Assembly: GCA_020832905.1 (NCBI GenBank)
Contig: JAJHRG010000001.1
Span: forward strand, 564,940-628,939
Length of the DNA: 64,000 bases
DNA from: Thermoproteota archaeon
Lineage (GTDB): Archaea > Thermoproteota > Methanomethylicia > Methanomethylicales > Methanomethylicaceae
Reading direction: 5' to 3'
In this document: piece after piece, positions 1-8,202 of the stretch
How positions within the stretch are numbered: the first letter of the stretch is position 1
Layout: every line of letters starts with the position of its first letter
Made by a program: the position numbers and the translations under genes
Notes under the pieces: generated by a model
Told to the model about the DNA's origin: nothing
What the model saw: only the letters and a program-made list of their open reading frames with translations
The model's database searches: none

Positions 1-9
1 TTATTTACT

Positions 10-1296
10 TCACATACTCAATGCTTGAAATACAAGTATAATGAATGGTGGTAGGAATGTAGAAATGGCAAAAGGTAGACTAATTTTTGAGAATTCCTTG
101 AAAGAAACAGAATCTCCTTCTTTTCTACAAAGACCAACTGCTACTATATTTGAAGGTGCTGAAATCATTGTAGCAGTGCTTCCTGCATATCCAGCAAACA
201 TAATTACTAAATAAAGAAATACAGGATCAACACCAATTTTAGTCGCAATTCCTTGCATTACGTAAATCATTGTTATTAAATATGGAATGTTTATGATAAA
301 TGCACAAGTTAAAAATGTAATGAGTGATACTAATATTACTATCATTATTATTTTTTCACCAGCTAATGTAACTATACTATTTGCAATTAGTTGAATTACA
401 CCTGAGACATTTAAACCACTAACCATAATGAACATTCCAGTAAGGAATAATATTGTTGGCCAGTCTACAAAAGAGAATATTTCAATTATATCAGACTTAG
501 CTATTCGACTACATATTACCCCAAGAATAGATGCTATGAACAATGCTACTATAGATTCAGGAATTTTTGTCACAGATCTAAAGCCTATGAGTGTACATAA
601 CAATATAAATCCTATGGTAGCTACTTTTGCTAAGTTTTTATTTTCAAATGAAAAATTACGTGTAACTTCTACTTTTGGTTTCTTTATATTCTTTCCAAAG
701 AAATAATAAAGATAAAGTGTTCCACCGATAGCACTTAATATTGAATAGAAAAAGAATGAAGGTGCACCTTTATAGATAAAAAATTCTGGCATAGTTAAAT
801 GTGCAAAACTACCCAAGAATACTACAGGAGGATCAGATATTAAAGTTGCATATCCAGTTATATTTACAGAAATTGCCATTGGAATTAAAACATAAGCTTT
901 TCGAATACCTGCAAGAATAGCTAATTCCAATGTTAAAGTTGATAAAGCCAACATTGTTGTAGTATTGTCAATGAAACATGATAAGAAGGATCCCATGAAA
1001 CACATAATAGTAAGTATCAATCTTACATTTCCTTTTAGAGCTTTTGTAACTTTTTGAGCAATCCATATTGGAACTCCTGATTTACTAAAATAACCAACAG
1101 TCATCATTAAGCCTGTAAGTAATCCCAAAACATTCCAATCAACTTGTGTAACAACTTCTTCTGGTTTTATGACACCAGTAAGAATCATAAGCATACCACC
1201 AATAATGGCGGCAATGCTTTTTTCAATCTTGTTGGAAACAATCAACGCTAAAGTACCAATAAATATTATAGTAGCAAGAATTTGCTCTATCGTCAT
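10..1296 (-). CDS. ArsB/NhaD-superfamily (citrate-transporter-like) ion permease
   Basis: 428-aa polytopic membrane protein. It has a VDWPTILFLTGMF block and a C-terminal GSTATMISAPSNIV block typical of the ArsB/NhaD permease fold. A decayed paralog fragment lies at 41.4-41.8 kb. Confidence 0.6.
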   Translation of the reverse strand: MTIEQILATIIFIGTLALIVSNKIEKSIAAIIGGMLMILTGVIKPEEVVTQVDWNVLGLLTGLMMTVGYFSKSGVPIWIAQKVTKALKGNVRLILTIMCFMGSFLSCFIDNTTTMLALSTLTLELAILAGIRKAYVLIPMAISVNITGYATLISDPPVVFLGSFAHLTMPEFFIYKGAPSFFFYSILSAIGGTLYLYYFFGKNIKKPKVEVTRNFSFENKNLAKVATIGFILLCTLIGFRSVTKIPESIVALFIASILGVICSRIAKSDIIEIFSFVDWPTILFLTGMFIMVSGLNVSGVIQLIANSIVTLAGEKIIMIVILVSLITFLTCAFIINIPYLITMIYVMQGIATKIGVDPVFLYLVIMFAGYAGSTATMISAPSNIVAVGLCRKEGDSVSFKEFSKISLPFAISTFLPPFIILVFQALSM

Positions 1297-1487
1297 AATA
1301 TTTTCTTTAATGCAAAAAGATAAATATACTTTTTCTTTCTAATAATTCCTTTTATCACTTTATTATAATAATTATACTTTTTACAATTATACTTTTGATC
1401 TATGGATACTTTTGATTATAATGATATCTAAAAATATTAGAACTTTTCCTAAAAACTAATAAGTATTTTTCTATTTTAATAAATAAT

Positions 1488-1958
1488 ATGAAATTCAAAT
1501 TATTTGATATATCAATTGAAACTCCAAAAGATTGGAGAATTAGGATAACTGAAAGTTCAAATTATGAATCTGGTAGAATGGCAGTAATATCTCCAAAAAA
1601 ACTATATATTGCAATTAGATGGCAAAATACTGATATTAAAAAAACTTCTCTTAAAGATTATATAGAAGAAGTATTAACTCAAAGAAAAGACAAGAGAATA
1701 AAAGATTTAAAGATATTAGAAAATACAGGATTTGAAAAAGAAGGTCATGAATATAGATTCATAAGAGTAAGTTTTATTTATAAAAAATTTCTAAATCCTC
1801 CAAAACCACAAGAATATATTGGATATTTGATATTATGTAAAAGAACAAATAGATTAATTGGTGCTTTTACAAATTATCCAATTGAAGCTGTAGATGAAAG
1901 TATTGAATATTTAGAAAAACCTTTAAAAAGTATTAATTGTGAATGTAATAAGCAATAA
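1488..1958 (+). CDS. hypothetical protein
   Basis: Clean 156-aa ORF after an AT-rich promoter-like spacer. No motif recognised. Confidence 0.5.
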   Translation: MKFKLFDISIETPKDWRIRITESSNYESGRMAVISPKKLYIAIRWQNTDIKKTSLKDYIEEVLTQRKDKRIKDLKILENTGFEKEGHEYRFIRVSFIYKKFLNPPKPQEYIGYLILCKRTNRLIGAFTNYPIEAVDESIEYLEKPLKSINCECNKQ

Positions 1959-2061
1959 ATAAAATAAAGTGAATTAATAATAATTTTCTTATAAAACTTA
2001 TTTATAGAAATAAGAAACTTTATAAGTTAAAAAAAGAATAAAAATAGACTAGGGAGTTTTT

Positions 2062-3510
2062 ATGGGGCAAGAGCTTAAAATAGGAAGAGGCCCTCCTTTA
2101 GAACTAAGAGTTCTAAATGATCCAGGACCAGTATCTATAAGAAAAATTATAGGTCCAGGGCTTATTCTTGCAGCATTAGGTGTTGGAATGGGAGAAACAT
2201 TCATGTGGCCAAGACTTGTTATTGTCTTTGGTCCTGAAATTCGTTGGATTGCAACAGTTGGTTTAATAATACAAATATTTGTTACTGCAGAAATTGCTAG
2301 ATGGACATATTTTACTGGAGAAAGTATATTTGCAGCTGCAAGAAGAATTCATCCAATTATAATGTGGTACTTTTATATTTTAGCTATTTTTGTTTATATT
2401 TGGCCAGGTCATGTAGTTACAGGTAGTGGTGCATTAGCCTTACTATTAGGAGTGGATTGGATTCCTATTGCAATAGCAAGTATAATAGCAATAGCAGCAA
2501 TATTAATTTTAGCTCCATATCAAGTCTATAAAACTGTAAAAACAATTCTAGTAATTGCTATAGCAATAATGGTTGGAGTATCATTTATTGTAGCAGTATT
2601 AGTTGGTAGACCAGAACATTGGGCAGGAGCATTATATGGTACTGTTGCATTTGGATATTGGACAGATTTAATGAGCTCAAAAACATGGCTTCCATTAATA
2701 GTTGGTGCTATGGCATTTATTGGTCCTTCAGGTATGCAACAAATGTGGTATACATTATGGGCTAGAGAAGAAAATGCAGGAATGGGTGCTTATATGCCTA
2801 AAATAACTGGATTAATATTTGGAAAGGAAGAAACATGGAGAGAAGCTGGATTTTACTTTGATGTTAATTCAGATGAGGAAATTGCAAAATGGAAGCGTTG
2901 GAGAAGATTAAATATTTATGATGCTGTAATAACCTTTGGTCTTCTCACCTACTTTACAACATTATTCTTTACAGTATTAAGCATGAAGGCTGCTGAATTA
3001 AGTCCTGAAGCTCTTTCAGCAATAAAAGCAGGTAAGACATTAGTAGCAATAAAAGCAATTGCTTCTGCATTTACTTACATTTCTCCAGTATTATATCCAT
3101 TATGGTTTATAGTAATGTTCTTAGTAGGATGGAAGATGAGCTTTGGAATATTTGATGCTTTTGCAAGAGGACAAGCAGATATGACTTTCTATTTATTCAA
3201 AAAAGCACAAAAACTTGGAATGAGAAAATGGTATTATATATGGGTTGCAATAGTTACAATTTTTGGTATAATAACTACATTAGCAGGTGCTGCAAGAGGA
3301 CCTGTATTTCTACTTGATGTATTAGCATTTATGTCACCACTAATTATGGGAAGCTACTGCTTATTACTATTATATGTAAATAATAAAATGGTTCCAAAGA
3401 GAATAAGAATGTCTTGGATTTCAACAATAGTTTTAGCAGGAGGAGCCGCATTTTACTTAGTCTCATTATTCTACTGTACATTTGTTGTAGGTGCAGTACC
3501 AACAGGATAA
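2062..3510 (+). CDS. polytopic membrane transporter, possibly NRAMP/APC-superfamily-like
   Basis: 482 aa with about 11-12 hydrophobic helices. The N-terminal GPGLILAALGVGMGE block resembles the NRAMP-type first-helix motif. The family assignment is tentative. Confidence 0.4.
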   Translation: MGQELKIGRGPPLELRVLNDPGPVSIRKIIGPGLILAALGVGMGETFMWPRLVIVFGPEIRWIATVGLIIQIFVTAEIARWTYFTGESIFAAARRIHPIIMWYFYILAIFVYIWPGHVVTGSGALALLLGVDWIPIAIASIIAIAAILILAPYQVYKTVKTILVIAIAIMVGVSFIVAVLVGRPEHWAGALYGTVAFGYWTDLMSSKTWLPLIVGAMAFIGPSGMQQMWYTLWAREENAGMGAYMPKITGLIFGKEETWREAGFYFDVNSDEEIAKWKRWRRLNIYDAVITFGLLTYFTTLFFTVLSMKAAELSPEALSAIKAGKTLVAIKAIASAFTYISPVLYPLWFIVMFLVGWKMSFGIFDAFARGQADMTFYLFKKAQKLGMRKWYYIWVAIVTIFGIITTLAGAARGPVFLLDVLAFMSPLIMGSYCLLLLYVNNKMVPKRIRMSWISTIVLAGGAAFYLVSLFYCTFVVGAVPTG

Positions 3511-3534
3511 AATAATTCTTTTTTTTTATTTTAG

Positions 3535-3708
3535 GTGTTAATCTTGGAAAGATATGGAGAATGTGAATTTACATATGAAAAATGTAAGAAATGTGGAAGA
3601 AACTTTTATACTAGAGTAGATTCTCCAAAAGAATATTGTCCAGATTGTGAAAAAATAATAGAACTTGAAATTTTAGAAAAAAGAAAAAAATCAAAGACTT
3701 CTCCTTAA
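3535..3708 (+). CDS. small zinc-ribbon protein (CxxC...CxxC), not in ORF track
   Basis: GTG/TTG-initiated 57-codon frame encoding ...CEFTYEKCKKCGRNFYTRVDSPKEYCPDCEK.... It has two CxxC knuckles and a Lys-rich tail. Its 3' end overlaps the stop of the convergent epimerase gene. Confidence 0.4.
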   Translation: MLILERYGECEFTYEKCKKCGRNFYTRVDSPKEYCPDCEKIIELEILEKRKKSKTSP

Positions 3709-4614
3709 CTCTATAGTAGCTTTTAAAGCTTTTTTAAAAGCTTCTTTTGCTTTTTCATTAGGAATAAAACTCAATTCTTTTCTTATTTTTTCATCATTTA
3801 ATATCCAATTACCAGTTAAGAAGCCAGGTCCTTTCCATTCTGAAGGATCTACTTCTATAATATTAGATTTTGATCCTGAAAGTTCAATAATCATTTCTAA
3901 AATTTCCTTCCAAGTAGTATTAAAACTTAAGATATTATATATCTTTCCAAAGGCATTTTTATTTAATAAAGCTAATTCAAATGCTTTTATTAAATCATTT
4001 ATATAAAGAATACTTCCTGCAGAACCTTTAGGTACATATAATACTTCATTTTTTAAAGCACTATCTATTATTTTTCTTAATGTCCCCCCTGGTATTCTTT
4101 CATCACTAAAAGCCCACCAAAATCTAAATATTGTAAATGGAAAACCTCTTTCTTTATAATATATTTCCATGGCTTTTTCTACTGCAAGTTTTGTAAGAGC
4201 ATGAGTTGGAGCTCTTGATTTTTCTACTAATAAAGGATGATCTTCTTTTATTGGAACAATAACAGGCTCTCCATAAATTACTGAGCTACTTGGAAATATT
4301 ATTTGCTTAACACCATACTGACAACATGCCTCAATAACATTTAAAAATCCAATAACATCAATTTTAAATCCATCTAGCATTTTTTCTGAAAATGACCATG
4401 CTGAATAGAATACAACATCACAACCATTTACTACATTTCTAACAGTATTTTCATCTTCTACTCCTCCAATTATGAATTTCATATTTGGATGTTCAAAGCC
4501 TTCTAATTCTCCTTTTGTTTTATCTAATACTATAACTTCATGATTTTTTTGAAGAAGTGCTTTTACTAGTCTACTTCCAACAAATCCTCCTCCACCAGTT
4601 ACTAAAATTCTCAT
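3691..4614 (-). CDS. NAD-dependent epimerase/dehydratase (extended SDR)
   Basis: N-terminal Rossmann motif MRILVTGGGGFVGSRL. 307 aa, typical of UDP-sugar epimerase/dehydratase family members. Confidence 0.85.
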   Translation of the reverse strand: MRILVTGGGGFVGSRLVKALLQKNHEVIVLDKTKGELEGFEHPNMKFIIGGVEDENTVRNVVNGCDVVFYSAWSFSEKMLDGFKIDVIGFLNVIEACCQYGVKQIIFPSSSVIYGEPVIVPIKEDHPLLVEKSRAPTHALTKLAVEKAMEIYYKERGFPFTIFRFWWAFSDERIPGGTLRKIIDSALKNEVLYVPKGSAGSILYINDLIKAFELALLNKNAFGKIYNILSFNTTWKEILEMIIELSGSKSNIIEVDPSEWKGPGFLTGNWILNDEKIRKELSFIPNEKAKEAFKKALKATIELRRSL

Positions 4615-4663
4615 AAATATAAATTTAAATTCTTAACTATTAAAATTTTAATAGGGAAATAAA

Positions 4664-6022
4664 TTGAAAATTTGGCAAGGAGTTGAAGTAGAATACTGTG
4701 TTCCATATATTAATAGAAAAAACTATGTTAATGAATTATTAGAATCACTAAGAAATTATAAAATGCCATTAAAAAATACATCTCCTTTTCTAATGAAAAA
4801 AGATGGAAAATATACACAATTTCTTATTAATGGTGGAAGAGCATATGGAGATATAAGCTTTACACCAGGTGTATATGATATTTTAGAAATAACAACTCCA
4901 GAATGTCCAAATCCATTTTATACTCTTGCATATGAAAAAGCAACAGAAGTTTATGCAAGAATAGCATCAGATGAATTTGAAAGAACATCAGGAATGAGAG
5001 TACATTGTTATAAAATAAGTGTAGTAAAATCTGAATATGAGTATACCACTAGAGGACTTCATGAAAGTTATTTAGTAGAAAGAAAAGCTTTTGAAAATAA
5101 AATTATGGAATTAATTCCTTATTTAGTTATAAGACAAATATTTACAGGAACTGGTGGATATTATTTTGGAAGATTTTTAATATCACCAAGACAAATGTTT
5201 ATAAAATCAGTAGTTGCTGAGAAAATATTTGGAAATTGGCCATTAATTGCAGAAAGAGATGAACCACATGCAGATCCTAAATACAAAAGATTGCAAATTA
5301 CAAATGGAGAAGGAGCAAGAACTGAATGGACAATATTTATGAGACAAGCAATAACATCATATATAATTAAAGCTATTGAACTTGGATTAATAAAAGAATT
5401 ACCAAGAATTAAAGATCCTATTGAAGCTGCAAAATTAATTGCTATATCTCCAGAAGGAGATTGGAGTTTAGAATTAGAAAATGGAAAAGAAATTAAAGCA
5501 TTAGAAATTCTTTCATATTATTTAGAAGGTATAGAAAAATTATTTATGAATGAAGAAATAGATGATTATGATAAATATGCATTAAAAGAATTTAAATTTG
5601 TATTAAATAAATTAGAAGAAGGAGATTTTGAATCATTAAAAAATAGAATAGAATGGATTGTAAAACTTGAAATTTTAGAAAATAATTTTAATAAATATTT
5701 TGAAGGAAATGGAAGCGAAGAAGAAAAAATTATTGCAAATAATCAATTTTGTGCAATAACAGATGGAACTTTTGAAAGAATACAAGAAGAAATGAACTTA
5801 ATTACATTATTAAAAGATGAAGATTTATCAAAAGCAGTTCTATTTCCACCAGAAAATTCTAGAGCATATGCAAGAATAAAAATTGCTCAAATTTTAAAAG
5901 ATAAATTAGATGATATTGGATGGTCTTATATTATTGTAAATAGTAATAGATATCATATGCTAGAATTAGATGGATGGAATGATGAAAAAATTTCAAAATT
6001 TTTAAATGAAATTATTTCTTAA
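4664..6022 (+). CDS. Pup-ligase/deamidase family protein (PafA-like paralog 1)
   Basis: 452 aa with a TTG start. Family blocks present: GVEVEY (GxExE[YF]), RAYGD, GLHESYLV (cf. PafA GCHENYLV), LIPYLVIRQIFTGTGG, ERDEPHADPKYKRLQITNGEG, KDPIEAAK and IEWIVK. Confidence 0.8.
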   Translation: MKIWQGVEVEYCVPYINRKNYVNELLESLRNYKMPLKNTSPFLMKKDGKYTQFLINGGRAYGDISFTPGVYDILEITTPECPNPFYTLAYEKATEVYARIASDEFERTSGMRVHCYKISVVKSEYEYTTRGLHESYLVERKAFENKIMELIPYLVIRQIFTGTGGYYFGRFLISPRQMFIKSVVAEKIFGNWPLIAERDEPHADPKYKRLQITNGEGARTEWTIFMRQAITSYIIKAIELGLIKELPRIKDPIEAAKLIAISPEGDWSLELENGKEIKALEILSYYLEGIEKLFMNEEIDDYDKYALKEFKFVLNKLEEGDFESLKNRIEWIVKLEILENNFNKYFEGNGSEEEKIIANNQFCAITDGTFERIQEEMNLITLLKDEDLSKAVLFPPENSRAYARIKIAQILKDKLDDIGWSYIIVNSNRYHMLELDGWNDEKISKFLNEIIS

Positions 6023-6093
6023 TTTATAACTCTATTTATAAGAAGTTTAAACATTTAAAAAAATTTTTATAATTTTAAGAATAATTTAATATT

Positions 6094-7665
6094 ATGAAAA
6101 TATTAAAAGAAATGGCAAGAGGTTGTGAATACGAATTTAGTGTAAATAGATATCCACCAATTCTTCCTGGTATTCAACTTTCAGATATTATAGGAAGAAC
6201 AATACTTGCATTAAAAAATTTAGGATTTATATCTAAAGTAATGTGGAGTGTAGAAGATGAAATTGGAAATTTAACTTATGAACGTGGTTTATTTGATTCT
6301 TGGTTATTTGCAGAAGGACCTTATGAAATTGCTTTTAATGGAATGAGAATATATGATGATGCTCAACATTTAGAATTTTCTACTCCAGTATTTAGAAGTC
6401 CAATTGATGCAGTAGTTTATGATAAAGTTGCTGAAAGATTAGCTTTTTTAGGAATAGAACAAATAAGAAAAACTCATGGAGAATTATATTGTTATAAAAC
6501 TAATAATAGTCTATTAAAAGGATCTTATGGTTATGAAGCAGTAGCATGGGGGACTCATGGATGTTATTGTGTTAGTAGAAGAATTTTTAATTTTGAAAAT
6601 TGGAAAAATGTAGAAAAAATTCTTATTCCCTTCATTATAAGTAGAATTCCATTAATTGGTAGTGGAGGAGTATTACCTATAAGAAATGAATTTTCATTTG
6701 AACCTCCAACAAGTTCAAGATTATGTGGTGATAAAATAATATATGTAATTTCACCAAGAGCAATTTATATAAAACAATTATCATCTATTGATACTACAGT
6801 AGATCGTGGATTTTTAAATCTAAGAGATGAACCACATGCTAATCCTAATAAGTATTGGAGATTACATGATATAAATTTTGAAGCAATAAGAAGTGATTTT
6901 CAAATATTTATTAGAGATGCATTAGAAGTTTTTACATTAAGAGCAATTGAAGAAGGATTATTACAAAATCCACCAATAATTAAAGATCCAATAGAAGCTA
7001 TAAGAAAAGTTTCAATGAATATAAATGAAATTGATCAATTTATTGAATTAGAAGGAAGTAATAAAGCAAGATTACTATCAGATATACTTTCATATTATAT
7101 TTCTGCAATTGAAAAACTAATAGAATTAAGAGGAGATAATGAAGACCATAAAGTTTTTAAGGTTATAGAAAGTGTAATTCAGAAACTAAAAGAAGGATTA
7201 TTTGAATATTTAAATGGAGCTATTGATTGGATTGCAAAAATGATGCTAATAGAAGAATATAATGCTAAAGATATGGATATGGCTATTATATGTAATCAAT
7301 ATGGATTATTAGATGAAAATACAGGTTTTTATGAAGGAAGAATAGAAAAAGGTGATACTTTATTTGATCCTGAATCTTCCTTAGCTTTTCTTGAAGAAGT
7401 ATTTCCTTTTGTAAAATCAATAAAAGAGAAAATAAAGTATGGTATGAATAATCCTCCTACAGATACTAGAGAATATTTAAGAACAAATATTTTAAAAGAA
7501 CATGAATCAGAAATAATAAAAATGAATTGGTGGAAAATTTACTTTAAAGGAGGTTTAATTACTTTAGATGAGCCATTAAGATATGGAAAAGAAGAAAGTG
7601 AAGAAATTTTAAAGATAAAAGACTTAAAAAAATTATCTGAAGTTATAAGAGGTGAAGCTAAATGA
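6094..7665 (+). CDS. Pup-ligase/deamidase family protein (longer, Dop-like paralog 2)
   Basis: 523 aa. Family blocks present: GCEYEF, RIYDDAQHLEFSTP, LIPFIISRIPLIGSGG, LRDEPHANPNKYWRLH, KDPIEAIRK and IDWIAKM. The H-E-N block is diverged (GTHGCYCV). It carries extra insertions and a longer C-terminus than paralog 1. Confidence 0.75.
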   Translation: MKILKEMARGCEYEFSVNRYPPILPGIQLSDIIGRTILALKNLGFISKVMWSVEDEIGNLTYERGLFDSWLFAEGPYEIAFNGMRIYDDAQHLEFSTPVFRSPIDAVVYDKVAERLAFLGIEQIRKTHGELYCYKTNNSLLKGSYGYEAVAWGTHGCYCVSRRIFNFENWKNVEKILIPFIISRIPLIGSGGVLPIRNEFSFEPPTSSRLCGDKIIYVISPRAIYIKQLSSIDTTVDRGFLNLRDEPHANPNKYWRLHDINFEAIRSDFQIFIRDALEVFTLRAIEEGLLQNPPIIKDPIEAIRKVSMNINEIDQFIELEGSNKARLLSDILSYYISAIEKLIELRGDNEDHKVFKVIESVIQKLKEGLFEYLNGAIDWIAKMMLIEEYNAKDMDMAIICNQYGLLDENTGFYEGRIEKGDTLFDPESSLAFLEEVFPFVKSIKEKIKYGMNNPPTDTREYLRTNILKEHESEIIKMNWWKIYFKGGLITLDEPLRYGKEESEEILKIKDLKKLSEVIRGEAK

Positions 7666-7757
7666 GTGATATTTTACCATCTTTTAAGAAAAAAGAAAAA
7701 GTAGATAAAAAGTTAAAAAAAGAACATGCTGAACTTATTGCTCCACCTGGTGAATAA
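7662..7757 (+). CDS. 31-aa Lys-rich peptide ending Gly-Glu; candidate Pup/UBact-like modifier
   Basis: Sequence MSDILPSFKKKEKVDKKLKKEHAELIAPPGE. The ATG overlaps the TGA of the upstream gene (ATGA). A GAGGTGA SD ends 6 nt upstream, the same motif and spacing as before other genes in the window. It is too short for the ORF track. Confidence 0.55.
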   Translation: MSDILPSFKKKEKVDKKLKKEHAELIAPPGE

Positions 7758-7762
7758 TAAAC

Positions 7763-7796
7763 TTTTTTAATTATTTTTTATAATTAAAAAATTTTT
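7763..7796 (+). terminator. oligo-T tracts flanking an AT hairpin downstream of the small ORF
   Basis: T6 run, then inverted repeat TTAATTAT-ttttt-ATAATTAA (7767-7787), then a T5 run. Archaeal termination typically uses oligo-T. Confidence 0.35.
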
Positions 7797-7893
7797 AATG
7801 AAATTATTTAATTAAGTCAATAATCATTATAAACATGTTTATAACTGATTAATTTTTATAGAAATATTTTTATAGCTTTTTAAAAAATTTAAA

Positions 7894-8193
7894 TTGGGGG
7901 TTCTGGTGCCAGAAATAATACTTCGTATAAAAACATCTGATATTAAAGGCAATATAGGTCTTCTAAATCCACAAGATTTATCAAAACTTGGTGCAAAGGA
8001 AGGAGATGAAATAGAATTGTATTCAACTTCAAGAGCATGGACTATAAAGACAAAATCTGATTCTTCAGTACCTATAGGAGAAGTAAGAGTAAGCACAGAC
8101 GTTCTGAGAAGACTTGATGTAGAAGATGGAAGTGAAGTAAGAGCTTATTGGGCTCCTCCAGTAGTAGAAGAAAAATATGAACCCCCACCATGA
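7894..8193 (+). CDS. stand-alone double-psi-beta-barrel-like protein (Cdc48/VAT N-domain or FwdD-like)
   Basis: 99 aa. The pattern ILRIK..D.....GLLNPQDLSKLGAKEGDEIEL....R.W......D..VP.GEVRVS.DVLRRLDVEDGSEVRA matches the Cdc48_N/VAT-N repeat signature. It has a Pro-rich tail. Its stop lies 9 nt before the OFOR gamma-delta gene. The start may be GTG at 7906. Confidence 0.5.
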   Translation: MGVLVPEIILRIKTSDIKGNIGLLNPQDLSKLGAKEGDEIELYSTSRAWTIKTKSDSSVPIGEVRVSTDVLRRLDVEDGSEVRAYWAPPVVEEKYEPPP

Positions 8194-8202
8194 GGTGAGA
8201 TT

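Noticed and set aside
428-706. Short antisense ORFs within larger genes: 428-706, 7839-8096, 8065-8247, 14522-14725, 22072-22260, 23998-24309, 26429-26629, 29275-29487, 33466-33806, 35386-35595, 37055-37270, 48329-48544, 59789-59977
   Set aside because: Each is embedded in a longer ORF on the other strand that has clear family motifs. Stop-poor frames like these are expected in AT-rich DNA.
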